A stretch of 63,625 bases of DNA, the filler included, from Dugesia japonica (lineage: Eukaryota): assembly GCA_001938525.1 (NCBI GenBank). It is 5 parts of 5 records of this genome, joined end to end, with 100 filler letters (N's around TTAATTAATTAA, not from the genome) between each part and the next. Parts side by side here need not be neighbours in the genome. Positions count along the whole stretch, not along the records: positions 1 to 8,817 come from MQRL01541926.1; positions 8,918 to 24,793 come from MQRL01250542.1; 3 more parts are not named here. The stretch is one strand, 5' to 3'. Under the pieces are notes generated by a model that saw nothing but the letters and a program-made list of their open reading frames with translations, made no database searches and was not told where the DNA came from. This document shows positions 1-12,749 of the stretch, piece by piece; position 1 is the first letter of the stretch, and the number at the start of each line of letters is the position of its first letter. The translations under genes and the position numbers were made by a program.

Positions 1-60
<60 letters not shown>
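1..60. repeat. (TTA)n microsatellite
   Basis: Pure TTA run at the window start. Confidence 0.95.
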
Positions 61-61
<1 letters not shown>

Positions 62-363
62 GATTGTTATGATTGTTAAAACGAATTTTATTGTTAATGG
101 TAATTTTTAAACGAAAATTATCATATATTACGTTTTACAGCATGAAATCATGGACAATCAAGCTAAATGCTTCGTCCCATAATTATTTCTTAAATTGATA
201 TTTGAGACATTTACAAGTGTTTCGTGTGACTTTGACATATTTTTTTGTTTTAGTTTATAAACAGTTACTATAATTCACGTTTTTAATATATTCAAATGAA
301 CCGAATTCACTTCAATGAAATTCACTATGTTTATGTTGTCTAAATTTAATAATAATACATTTA

Positions 364-366
<3 letters not shown>

Positions 367-432
<66 letters not shown>

Positions 433-482
433 NNNNNNNNNNNNNNNNNNNNNNNNNNNNNNNNNNNNNNNNNNNNNNNNNN

Positions 483-547
<65 letters not shown>

Positions 548-551
548 TAAT
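367..551. repeat. (AAT)n microsatellite spanning an N gap
   Basis: AAT run on both sides of the gap. Confidence 0.95.
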
Positions 552-904
552 ATTTACAGTAATCAGATTAAAATTATTGTTTTTCTATTTTACTAGACTG
601 CTCAATTTTTTGAAGTAGTTTTCATCAATTTGAATATTGTTAATAATAAGAAAAAACAGTTTTGATCTTCTAAATTTTTCAAGTTTTATTTGATATCTAA
701 CATATCAATAGATATTGAATGAAAAGTATTTATTGATAATTTTCTATCTTTTCTCTTTTCTATCTGTCTCCAGTTAGAGCATTTAACATGTAGATACATT
801 CAAACAAGAATACACGATGTGGAAATATAATAGCGTTACATATAGCATGTATACCACTTCAAATAAAGCCGTACGTAACAAGTTTAATCTAATACGTTTT
901 TCTT

Positions 905-1026
905 GTTCATCAAAGTAGGAAAATTACTGTTAAAAGGTGGCAAAGAAAATATTTTTTGTTTTGGGTCACCACAACATGAGCAACTACATTAAAGGGTCGC
1001 GACATTAGGAAGGTTGAGAACAACTG
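905..1026 (+). mobile_element. 3' end of hAT-Charlie element, URR1/hAT1-like
   Basis: GGGTCACCACAACATGAG...TTAAAGGGTCGC..CATTAGGAAGGTTGAGAACAACTG closely matches the recalled URR1 3' terminus, ending in a hAT TIR. Confidence 0.8.
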
Positions 1027-1200
1027 ATCTAAAGAAGCTCAAATAAAATTTACCAAGTAATTAAAATATAATTCAACCAGATATTCAAATTATTATAAAT
1101 GTTCACCTATTTAAAACATACCAATATGTTAGACAAAATCGATAGTAATATTTAAATTTTTAATAAAGTATTTTTTGTGTCCAATTTCAACATTTTGATA

Positions 1201-1657
1201 ATGCCTAATTTACCCACCTATGTCTTAATTTACCCACCTATGTCTTAATTTACCCACCTATGTCTTAATTTATCCACCTATGTCTTAATTTACCCACCTA
1301 TGTCTTAATTTACCCACCTATGTCTTAATTTACCCACCTATGTCTTANNNNNNNNNNNNNNNNNNNNNNNNNNNNNNNNNNNNNNNNNNNNNNNNNNNNN
1401 NNNNNNNNNNNNNNNNNNNNNNNNNNNNNNNNNNNNNNNNNNNNNNNNNNNNNNNNNNNNNNNNNNNNNNNNNNNNNNNNNNNNNNATGTCTTAATTTAC
1501 CCACCTATGTCTTAATTTACCCACCTATGTCTTAATTTACCCACCTATGTCTTAATTTACACACCTATGTCTTAATTTACACACCTATGTCTTAATTTAC
1601 ACACCTATGTCTTAATTTACCCACCTATGTCTTAATTTACACACCTATGTCTTAATT
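1201..1657. repeat. 20-bp minisatellite (TGTCTTAATTTACCCACCTA)n
   Basis: Head-to-tail 20-nt units either side of an N gap, no spacers. Confidence 0.95.
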
Positions 1658-2180
1658 TTTCAACTACATTTTAATTTCAAAGAAGGGTTAATGGGAAAAG
1701 CATTCGCGACATAATAAGAATTTTACAAATTAATCCAACGATTGACTCCAGACATTAAATATTAACTAATATATATTCGGTTTTAATCGAACATAATTTT
1801 GTCAATATAATAACATTTAGAATTATTAATTATATTTTGCATGACAAATGTACAAAAAATACATCCAGCTGGTTTTTTTTAATTAAAATTCGTTTTAATT
1901 ATTATTACTTTGATTAACAGCTGTTAGATCACTCAAAAGCTTGGAATTAATCTCGAAGAATGTGTATAGATAATTTCAATACATTTCATGATTATCATGT
2001 TTTATCAGTGATTTAATTCCCCTTCAGTATTATGTCTTGTAACACTTTCATTTTTAATAGCAATTTCCATGAATTTATGATATTTTCGAAATTAATAACA
2101 GCTGCAATCTAGTATTCCATATTTTTGAATATAAAAACTGATTCCTGACTTTTGAATATCATTTTTTATAATATTATTTA

Positions 2181-2181
2181 C

Positions 2182-2245
<64 letters not shown>

Positions 2246-2405
2246 NNNNNNNNNNNNNNNNNNNNNNNNNNNNNNNNNNNNNNNNNNNNNNNNNNNNNNN
2301 NNNNNNNNNNNNNNNNNNNNNNNNNNNNNNNNNNNNNNNNNNNNNNNNNNNNNNNNNNNNNNNNNNNNNNNNNNNNNNNNNNNNNNNNNNNNNNNNNNNN
2401 NNNNN

Positions 2406-2472
<67 letters not shown>

Positions 2473-2485
2473 GTAATAACAATAA
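2181..2485. repeat. (AAT)n microsatellite with N gap
   Basis: Explains the poly-N/I/L ORFs at 2152 and 2174. Confidence 0.95.
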
Positions 2486-2907
2486 CAATTCTGATGAATG
2501 ACTAACAATTATTATAATACTAAGTATCACTCGTCAAAATGACGGTTTGTAATTGAAATTTTAATAGTCTGAAAAATCTAAAAAGGTCTAAAAAAATACA
2601 AAATTATAAGGATTAAAAAATAAAAATAAACTGAAAATATTTTATTTTTAATTCAATAATTCATTAATAACAATAAATATATATCTTGTAACATTTTTCG
2701 GACGGTTAAAAATCAAACTTTTTAAAATTAAACTGTAGAAACTGATTAAATTAAACTTTCGGGTTTACCTGATAATACTTTATTAATGAAATTTCTTTTT
2801 ATAAGAACAATATGCTTTTCATTTTAGAAAAATATGTAATCATTTTAACAATTATTTTTAATAATTTATCATATTATTTTTCTAATTTAAATTAAAAATA
2901 ATTTTAG

Positions 2908-5900
2908 AACCATCTAATTATCCTCAAGATTTTAAGTTGGTAACTGTTGGAAGTCCCGATGTTCGCAATGATGATGTTTATACAAAAGTCGCTCTTTATT
3001 GGACGTCTCCTGTTAAAAACAACAGCATCAGATATGATGAAATTATGAGATACATCATATATTTTACTTCTGAACCAAAAGCAGATGTAACAAGTTGGTC
3101 GACGCAAGCTCTGCCTAGTGATCAATATTCCTCTGAAATTAGATTGAATGGATTTCAGAAAATTTACTACTTTCGTGTTGGGTGCCAAACAAAGAATTTT
3201 GAATGCCCTTTATCTCCATTACTACTATATAAAACATCTAATAGTAAGTATTATGATTTTCATAATCTTCTATTGTTAAATGTTTTTAGAAATGAAACAA
3301 AATTATGGATTACTCAGAATACCAGAAAAATATCGATACACAGTTGATATTCCACAGAAATACCTGAATGCTCAACCAGTTTCAACTTTGGATATTGTTA
3401 CAGATGAACCAGTCAATCAACCTAAGGATGTTTGGTATATGATGGTTGGAGGATGTTTTGGTGTTGTTCTACTCTTGATTTTGTTGATTATAATAATTTT
3501 TATTTGGTATAGAAGAAGATCCCAATCATCATTGTAATACTTAATGGTAAAACATAGATATTTTATATATTTGATTATAGTACTGGATACAAACTTGGTA
3601 CAAAATCATCTATTCAGCACATAGGCGGTGCAGGTCTACTTCTTTCTAATCAATCTCCTGCTTTGTCTAATGGAAAGGTTAGTCCGCATTTCGTCAGTAA
3701 TTTCAGTCAGTCGTTGAAAACTCCCGATTTATTCCCTCATCCGGAACCACATTTTGGAGATCTAGAAAGTGATAGTAGTATGCTTTATTGTTTTATTTAA
3801 GATTTTTTACTTATTTATTTATATTTAAACCTTTGTGAAATTTATGTATTTAAAAATATATTAATTCCCAAAATATTATCATAAATTTTGTTGCAAAAGT
3901 TTCTTAATATCACATTATAATTTGTGTCATTTATTAAATGTGGTCTTATCATTACTGGATGTAATGAATGAGTGAGTTCTATTATATCCGACATTAGATA
4001 TCCTGTATAAATTGTCTTATTTCTTATCGGAATTGAGATCATTTTACTGAGAATAATATTTAAAACAAAATTTTCCTTCAATTCTTGCCAGTTGGTTAAC
4101 TAGTGAAATATTTCTTATGAAATATACGCTATCAGAACAATTCTATTTTAAAAATTATTATTACTATTATTGAACTTTTTAAAATTATATTTTCGAGGAA
4201 TCTTTAGTTATGTATGTGGAATACTTTCTTTGATGTAATATAAAATTAATCTACAAGGTTTTATGTGAATATATATAAGATTTTTATAATTACAATTATT
4301 GTGAGAATTATTGTTGGATAATTAATCGCATTTCAGATTTCATTAAAATAAAGAAAAAGCTTCGATCGAAATAATATATATATATATATATAAAATAACA
4401 AAATATTTCGACCTTGTCTTCGTCAGGAATTGATTTTTTGTCAAAAAAAAGTCGAAATATCGAATTTTTATCCAATATCAATAAATAAAACCAAAATTTT
4501 GATCTAAGCTTTTATATTAAATTAATTCTATAAAACGATCAATGGTTATGTCTAACAATTATTCTCGCAATAATTGCAATTGTAAAATTATATATTAAAT
4601 ATTTAATTCTCAACCGATCAACATATTTTTGTGACACATCCTGTAAACAAGTGTTCAATGGACACAAGATATTTTCTTTCAAAATTCTGAAAAACTACCT
4701 CAGTATTTATTTATTTTATCAGTATTATATCAATTAGTATTTTATGAATAATATTTACAAGATATTTATCAACTCTGTTATACTATATATACAACATTTT
4801 AATTTACATCCACATATTTTTGTTACTTTTATTTTTTCCCGCGATATTTTCGTTTTTTATCGTAATTTTTACGTCTTTTCGTAATTTTCAAGTGTGATTG
4901 CGTTTTTGTGTTAATGAAGATCTGAGATAATATAGAATCGAAAGTCGCATTATTAGTATAAATGCATTACATCAAATAAGTTATGAGTTATAACCAAAAA
5001 AATAGGTACAGTTAAAACATTTAATTAAAGGAACAAAGCAATTTAATAAGGCCTTGATAATTATTTTTCATTGTATTTATAGTTTTTTTTTAATTAATAC
5101 TTTAATTTATTTCAACATAAAAAGTTAATAAAAAAGAAAATCAAATTCTAATATATATTTTCTAACATCAAACGACTCGAATAAAAGGTTTTTACATGAT
5201 GATAATAATCGCTTAAATGAACTTCTTTCTCAGAAGCTATTAATTCTCCAAATGTCATTTTGATTATTTCGAATTAATATTAGAATTAAAGTCGAAATCA
5301 GTAAGTTTCTTCCTCAATTTCGTTTTTATTTTGGAGAAATAATTTTTAATCGGGTTCAGAAAAGGACTGTAGGGTAGCTTCCAAATTTTGTGACAATCTG
5401 CTGTAGTGAGGACATCATTTTGGATAGAAGCATTATTGTGGATAAGATAATGAAGCTCTGCTTTAAAGATAATACTTTAATCGTAGATAAAATTTTGATA
5501 TATCGGCTGAGTAACAGATCCTTCAGGGACTTCAAAATGAATAGGTCTTTTTTCCCAATCGCCATCAAAATTTATATGTTTGGTTATCTTTGAGATGGCA
5601 CTTGTAAATATGCCGATTGTACCCTAGCTGCTCGTCCTTTAAATTTTTGTGTCCAAATGTTGCAGTACATTTCGTCTATGTAAACACACTGCTTGGAACG
5701 GACAAAGTTACATAACATATTTTTTACATAATCCCTCCGGAGTTCCTTAACTCTGTCTGAATTCTTCTCAACATTTGAATCTTTTAATTTTTTGAAAGTA
5801 TAAAATTTGTTCTTCAAAAAATTTGAAATGGTTCATGAAGAAACATTGCAGGGGTTTTGTGATAAAAACATTTTCATTTCTTCTAATGTTATGTCCGGCT

Positions 5901-7690
5901 GCTTGTTAATTTCTGCCAAAAGTGCATCCCCCATTTCTTCATTAATTTTTTCTTGTATCCTCCAATTTTACCGAATGAAATTTATCCGGTTTTATTAAAT
6001 CGGTGCAATACATTTTTGATAGTATCTTTATTAATATTGAGGAGCTTCCTTACACTTTTCATATTCTCTTCATTTTCATAAGCGCTGATAATTCGCTTTT
6101 TTGTCAATAGAAGAAATCCTAATAATTTTATAATAGTTTTATTGATTTTTCACGGAATTGTTGCTTCCGAGCTAATACTTGATATGCTTTCGAAATCCCT
6201 CTAAATTAATTAATTAATTAATTAATTAAATTAATTATTTAATTTAATTAATTTTTGTTAAAAGAAGGGTATTACTGAAATGAGATGGATCTTTACTAAA
6301 TTGAAAAATAATGAATGTTAGTCTATAGTACAGTTAAATTAACATTATTCTTTAATACGGTATAAAAAGTCTAATAAAAGAATTTGTTTTGCTCTCGTCA
6401 TTTATAACAGATTACGGACTAGTTATTAAAAAATAAAATTTCTATATTTTAAATACTTATAAAACTATTATTTATTTATTTATTTTATTTATAAAACTAT
6501 TAAGTTTGCCAGTTACAATTACTGTGAGAATAATAGTCGGACTTAACAATTGATTGTATTTATGGTTGCATGAATAAATTATAAGCTTCTATTGAAATGA
6601 TTTCTTAATATTTTATGTTTCCTTTGTACACCTAATTCTGTTTTTACTCGAATTTGATTTTACACGGTTCCAAAAATACTATTGGACCCTGTTTTAACGT
6701 GGTTAAAAATGTTTTTGTTAAAAAAAATATGAAAAAAGTTGACGTTTTTATTAATTTTTCTGATAGTTTTTGTGAAACTATGAATATTTTAGTTTTTTTA
6801 ATGTAAAATTATGCTTTTTTTATAAAATAATTGTTAATTGAAGTGTTTCTTTTCTTTTACTTTTTGTTTAAATAAGTGTGTGTATAAAGAACATAATAAC
6901 CATGAATTTACATTATACATTATTCACCTTATTTTAACTTATTTAAAATGGTAACTTATTTACGTGAGTTGCCATGGAACGTATGTATCGCGAAAAAAAA
7001 ATTCGAATTATTAACAACTAACAACATATTTAAAAAACAACAGTTTGATCGAAGCTTATAATTAAATGAAATCAAATGTAAAGTTGTGTATTCCCATGGC
7101 CACCCTATCTTTTCTTTTAATTTACTCAAAATAAAGTAGAAAAATAATATTGCATTGATTTTCCTTAACTTTTTTGTGTTTAATTGTCTTTCAATGGTGA
7201 AGCACATGTGTATCGTAGCACTATGAATAAATCTAATATGAATCATACGTGATTCACACGACCCCAACGTGTTAGAAAATACTTCTTCCAAATAATAATT
7301 TTGATTATTAATATCTGAAATTGGAAATTATAATAAACTTACAAATAGAATTAAAATAATGTTATTCGTAGTAGTGTTTATTTAAAACATTTTATTTCAT
7401 TTAATAATTTTTGATTTTTTTCCAATTTTTTTTTATAAATTTCCCGCATTTAGATCAAGATAATGACTCACTTCGATTTGCATCTGTATCTCAGCATCAT
7501 CTAGCATCCACTTCTGGTGTAACTAATATGTTCAATCCTACAATTCAGAATCATTCCTTGATCAGATCACATCCACAAATGGTTTCTTACTATTCCGATA
7601 TCCCAAGTCATTCAAAATCAGCAATAAATGCCAGCACAATCCTTAATCCTTTAATTAACAATAGTATTTCAATTCCCATTCAAATACAAG
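2908..7690 (+). CDS. DCC: DCC/neogenin/frazzled-family netrin receptor, partial; exons 2908-3243, 3290-3533, 3581-3777, 7454-7690
   Basis: First exon encodes an FN3 domain resembling DCC FN6 (YIIYFT...W...YYFRVGCQTKNFECPLSPLLLYKT). Next exon has a TM helix followed by YRRR, then the cytoplasmic KTPDLFPHPE (cf. KPPDLWIHHE). GT-AG junctions are phase-compatible (1,2,1). Confidence 0.85.
4282..4586. mobile_element. Foldback non-autonomous element with hammerhead-like cores (family A)
   Basis: Arms are imperfect inverted repeats (CAATTATTGTGAGAATTATTGTTGGA / TCTAACAATTATTCTCGCAATAATTG). Related arms at about 6510-7070, 38025-38800 and 44330-44470. Confidence 0.75.
4406..4427 (-). ncRNA. Minimal type I hammerhead ribozyme core (PLE-type)
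   Basis: Minus strand reads CCUGACGA-A-GAC-AAG-GUC-GAAA: CUGANGA and GAAA boxes with a 3-bp stem II. The cleavage-site region of this copy is degenerate. Confidence 0.6.
5150..6190 (-). pseudogene. Tc1/IS630-type DD(E) transposase relic
   Basis: Minus-strand motifs VYIDE, IHNNASI (cf. MDNAxIH) and LPYSPFLNPI, with frameshifts. Confidence 0.8.
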
Positions 7691-8817
7691 GTTTATTCAA
7701 TTTCTTTTATAAATTCGTATTTAAACAGAAATGTATTCTAAAAAATTCTTTCTCATTGTTAGAATTGCTATTTCTCAAATTTAGAGAATTCATCATATTA
7801 AATTAAGTCATAAAATTATATTTAAAATAACTATCCCAACAAAAACATTCTTCAGTGGATTTTGTCATCTGGTAAAAATTGATTCATCATGCATAAAATG
7901 CAAACATTCGAAATTTATCTAAAAATTATTTTTGATATTTAAAGTCATTAATTTTAAAATCTTTTAATTTAATTTAAATACACTAAGATCTCGCTTAGGA
8001 TGTGTTCCTAGATGTGTATCCTAAAAAGCAAACGGCATTTAAAACGAGGTCATTTTAACACTTAATAAATAGGGAAAAGGAAGTGTGTGAACAAAAATAT
8101 AAATATTTAAATTAATTTAAGTTATTTATATATTAATTTGCCTAATTATATATAACATCTAAAATTCCTTAACATAATAGGAATGCATTACCTTTGTTTA
8201 GGTTCTTTCATATTCTCTTTAATAACATAGGTTTCAATAATTGTAGAAATTCAAAAATCATGTTATGGAGAAATAATTAATGCCTAATTCCAATGCTTAT
8301 TATATTGTCACCTGTTATTTTTAGAATATATGACTTTGGCTAAGAGATGCAATAAATAGAAATGAATTTTATAAAGAATGTGATATTAGATCGTTAACAA
8401 TTCCATTTCTGTTGCCTTCTTGGTTTTTAAAATGTTATTCTTGATGAATATGCAATCTTTATCATTGTTATAATTTTCATGAAGCAAGGAACATAATGAA
8501 CATTTTGTACAAATATTTCTAATTAGCAAATCTTTCGTTGTTGTTTCATTAACTCTAACTAATTACCAATTGTAATTAGTTAACATATTGAATAGTAATA
8601 GTAAGATAGCTTATAAAAGCAGATTTGAATTTTTTGTGTTTTGAGCGAAATTTATCTAAATCAGTTTTTGTTAAATATTTAAATTTGTATTATAAAATAA
8701 TCTATAATTAGACAAATTATCGTTTTCATTATTTATAGAAATTACTAAATATGTATTGAACTTTTTGTAATTTTGTTAATATTCTTAAAATTTTCAAATT
8801 TCGATTTGTCAATAAAA

Positions 8818-8917
8818 NNNNNNNNNNNNNNNNNNNNNNNNNNNNNNNNNNNNNNNNNNNNTTAATTAATTAANNNNNNNNNNNNNNNNNNNNNNNNNNN
8901 NNNNNNNNNNNNNNNNN
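8818..8917. other. Artificial scaffold spacer 44N-TTAATTAATTAA-44N
   Basis: Six-frame stop linker inside a gap of exactly 100 nt. Confidence 0.95.
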
Positions 8918-9669
8918 GGAAAATATGTAGCCACTTAATCCTATTACGTAAATTTTCACGGGGATGAAATTAATCTCATGACATAATTTGTATGCAAAAT
9001 AATTCCAATTAAAATTGCATAATAAATTTAATTGATGGATTAAATTACCGATGATGCAATTACATCACAGATTAAGATATCAAATTTCAGATAATCGCAC
9101 TAATTACATCACTAATCGGTGGGGGGGGGGTTCACTGAATGTGTGCTGGCTATGACTGCCACTATCTATCTACTCTAATCAACTTGAATATAAGGATAAT
9201 ATTGTTCCAAACGATATCAAGTCGATAAAGAAGCCAAAAAAGAACAATAAAGAAATCTATTAAGAAGTCGATAAAGCGACAATCAAGGAACCAATCAAAG
9301 AATTTTAGCAAAGATCAAATAATGCATGTGAAAAATAAAAGCCAAAGAAGCAGCCCAAGAAGAATGAAAAGATAAAGATTTTATCAACTGGTAAATGGTT
9401 CAAGCTATAAACAATCTAATCATGAGTTAATTAATAAATATTATGGCATTTCAACAAAGTCTTTCTTATTTAAAATTATTGATAAAGGCGCCACAAGAGT
9501 CTACAATGAAAATGTTGGTCATTTCTAAATTTGTTATTGATAAATTTATTAGAAATAGTTGTAAATATTGTTCGAAGAAATGTATTTCTCAACCAAGATA
9601 AAAAATGTATTTTACAACATCATAAAAAACCATTGCTTTCAATTGTTAAAACTAAGAATAAGAAATTAA

Positions 9670-11533
9670 TGAGTGGTAGAGTGCTGGAATTGTGATAAAA
9701 CAAAACATATAAGTCGAGATTGTCGAAACTGAAAACCAACAAAATGTTTTGGTTGTGGAAACATTGGCCATATTAGAAGGTTATGCCAAGAGGTGAAGTG
9801 TAAACGATGTGGTAATGGTGGACATAGAGCAGAAGAGTTCTACATAAATTTAAAAGCGAAAAGAACAAGTGAGAAATGTATGGCTGCAGAAAGATCAAGA
9901 AACCGAAATAATTGAGTACATGCGATTGAAGATGTCATTACAAACGATGGATATGAAGAAGTACGTGAAAGCGATTCCGAATGGCAGTACCAAAATGGCA
10001 GGGCAAATTGGTTGGAGCCATCCATAGTTAAATGAAGTTAGTAATTATCCTCAAGTGTTCGAAAAGTAGGATGATATAGGACAAGTTACACAAAATGTTT
10101 ACAGGTTCTTAAAGATGAAAAATTTTGTGGATATTACAAAAGTAGAATGGGTTGAAACAGTTGAAGCAGAAAAGTTAACAAATATTTCGTACTATAAATT
10201 GCAAGGCAGACCAAGTCTTACGGTATCAATTCAAAGAAATAAAGTAGAATGTCTATTAGATACAGGGGCTCAAATTAACGTGATGAGTTTGAGTTGTTTT
10301 AATAAATTACGAGAAGTAAATTTAGAAATGGGTGATAAAAGTGTGCAACTAATAGTTCACTTAAAATTGTTGGGAAAGCTAGAACTGGAGTGATAATTGA
10401 TGACGTTTGCAAAGAGATTACGTTCTTAGTTGCTAAAAGAGTCATACTAGATTTGATAGGAGTAATAGATATGCAGAAGATTTTGGGATACCAGCTTATG
10501 CGAAAGGTCGATAGCAAAATGGATGAAAAAGTCGAAAATTACATTTGTAATATTGAAGACAAATTTGGAAGACAAATTAAAAAAAGAGAGTGATTGAGAA
10601 GAGCCTTAAATATTTTGAAGACTAAAGAGGATCAACGGTTATTGAAAATAATTGAAAGTAAATAAGATGCTTATATGGCAGATAAATGGGATGTAGGTCG
10701 CACACACCTGACAAGACACAAAATAATCACTAGTGTTGAACCAATCAATGTAAAACCATATAGACAACCAATAAACTGAGTCTAAAATTGAAAAAGCTAT
10801 CTAAAAATTTGTCAAAAATAATATTATCCGGAAATGCAAGAAAAAAGAAGATTATTTAAAAATTTCTGAGGAAACATATTTTATCAAGAAAATGAAAACT
10901 CAGGATGACAAACTACATGAAACAATAGAAAAATTACATAAATTATTATGTCATGCAGGAGTTTAAAAGGTGTACAAATTTATGAGAAACAAATATATTT
11001 AAAAAACTATGTGGAGCCAAATACAGAAGATAGTTTATAGTTGTGAAATTTGTCAGAAGACCAAGTAGTGACAACAGCAACTAAAGAGAAGACTGAGAGT
11101 TTAGAAGCTACTAATTTATTTAAAGTCATATTCACAGATATATGTGGGCCAATACGGGAAAGAAGTGAACGAAAAATATACATTATTGGAATAATTGACC
11201 ACTACAGTAATTATCTGGTTTTTTTTACCATTCCTTAGACAAGACGAGGAAACAATTCGAAAAGCTATTTTGGAAAAGTGGATACTGAGATTTGGATGTT
11301 CAAGAGAGATAAGATTAGATTATAGAAAAGCTTTTGAATCCAGAGCTATGAGAAAGTTTGCACTGAAACTAGATATTAAACTTTGCTTTTCAAGACCCTA
11401 TCATCATAATGCAAACGGACAAATTGAGATACAGTTCAGGACAATTCGAGATTTAAAAATTTCAACACTTCAGGAAAGAAAGACAACAGATTTGTCAGAT
11501 CTTTTACCGAAAATAGATTTTACTCTTTTCTGA
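9670..11533 (+). mobile_element. Degenerate Ty3/gypsy retrotransposon (gag knuckles, protease, integrase)
   Basis: CCHC-like knuckles (CWNCD..HISRDC, CFGCGNIGHIRRLC, CKRCGNGGH), LLDTGA protease, and integrase motifs TDICGP, IIDHYS, PYHHNANGQIE; many stops. Confidence 0.9.
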
Positions 11534-11559
11534 ATAACTTGCTTAACACTTTCTTCCAT

Positions 11560-11880
11560 TGATAATCTAGATTAGAATATTTTCTTCAGAGCTCTTGTAA
11601 TTCCTAAAGCAAAATTTTCGTATCTTTCACCAGTCTTTTGACTGATTATACTGAAATCTTCAATCATTTATTGAAAAAGATTTATCTATGACGAACTTTA
11701 ATTTGATTGTTGATTTGTCGTCTATTTTGGCTCAAGATTTGCAAGCTAGATTTAAATCCTTATCGTCACCATCTAATAAAAAAATCAAAAGTTGACATGA
11801 GGTCGAAGTTATTTGTGGCTGAGAACGTTTAAATTCCTTGCAACCAGAAAATTGGATCTTCATCATAATTTCCTGAGAAT
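11560..11880 (-). pseudogene. Retrotransposon gag N-terminal fragment
   Basis: FSGNYDEDPIFWLQ and QKTGERYENF resemble capsid-like gag motifs. Confidence 0.4.
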
Positions 11881-12318
11881 TTAGTTATTCTTTGCTTTGT
11901 TTTGATATTTAGGTAAATTTATAATTTTAACAGTTGATATTTCATCTAAAAATATTTGTATAAATATATAAATTATTATAATTGTAATCTTACCATCTAT
12001 TTTTTCTTGAAACATTTTATACAAAATAATAATAAATAAAAATAATGATAAATGAAAATAATGATAAATCAAAATATTAATGATGATATATACTGTCCTC
12101 ATAACATCATAACAATCATTAACTGATTTAATCATTATTATTAGCATAATTATTAAAATTATTGGCATAACAATCAAATCATATAAAAATTAAATGAAAT
12201 ATATTTCTTTATAATTGAACATAATAATTAATCTTTCATTATATTTAAAATTTATATTATATTTAATTATAAAACTTTTTTAAATTAAAGTATTATCACA
12301 TGTATAAATAATATATTA

Positions 12319-12737
12319 TTAATTAATCAAAAAAAATTTGCAAACATAACAAAAAAATATTTTATTATAACAAATAAAGTTATCACACAACATATCATTA
12401 TACATTATTTGCTCGATATCCCATAATGGGATCATAACAAAGTTATTAATCATTTGTTGAAAACCATTAAAAGCATTATTGATATGACATTTTATTGATT
12501 TTTGCATCTTTTTTGATCAATAACATCCAAAGTTGTTATTTTATAACCTGGAAAGTAAAGATAATTCTGTATCAAATCAATAGATTTTTCATCAAAATCT
12601 AAATTAGCATTCAACTGTATCATTGCTTGTCTCATTTTATCCAAATCACATTTGCTCATAATCTTTGTATAAAAAGGTTTGGATTTTTTAATTTCTACAC
12701 TGTCTTCAATATTTACAATAATATGTTCATTCAACAA
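12319..12737 (-). pseudogene. Unknown ORF (probably split) divergent from the Polinton integrase
   Basis: Two overlapping minus ORFs (12492-12737, 12319-12507) directly next to the integrase. Confidence 0.35.
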
Positions 12738-12749
12738 CTGGAAACGACA

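Noticed and set aside
1201-1657. Possible CRISPR array
   Set aside because: Units are contiguous with no unique spacers, the context is eukaryotic, and no cas genes are present.
2152-2530. Poly-N/I/L/Y ORFs (also 25672-26007)
   Set aside because: Translations of AAT microsatellites and N gaps.
8862-8873. TTAATTAATTAA as a regularly spaced biological motif
   Set aside because: These four copies sit inside exact 44N flanks; assembly linker.
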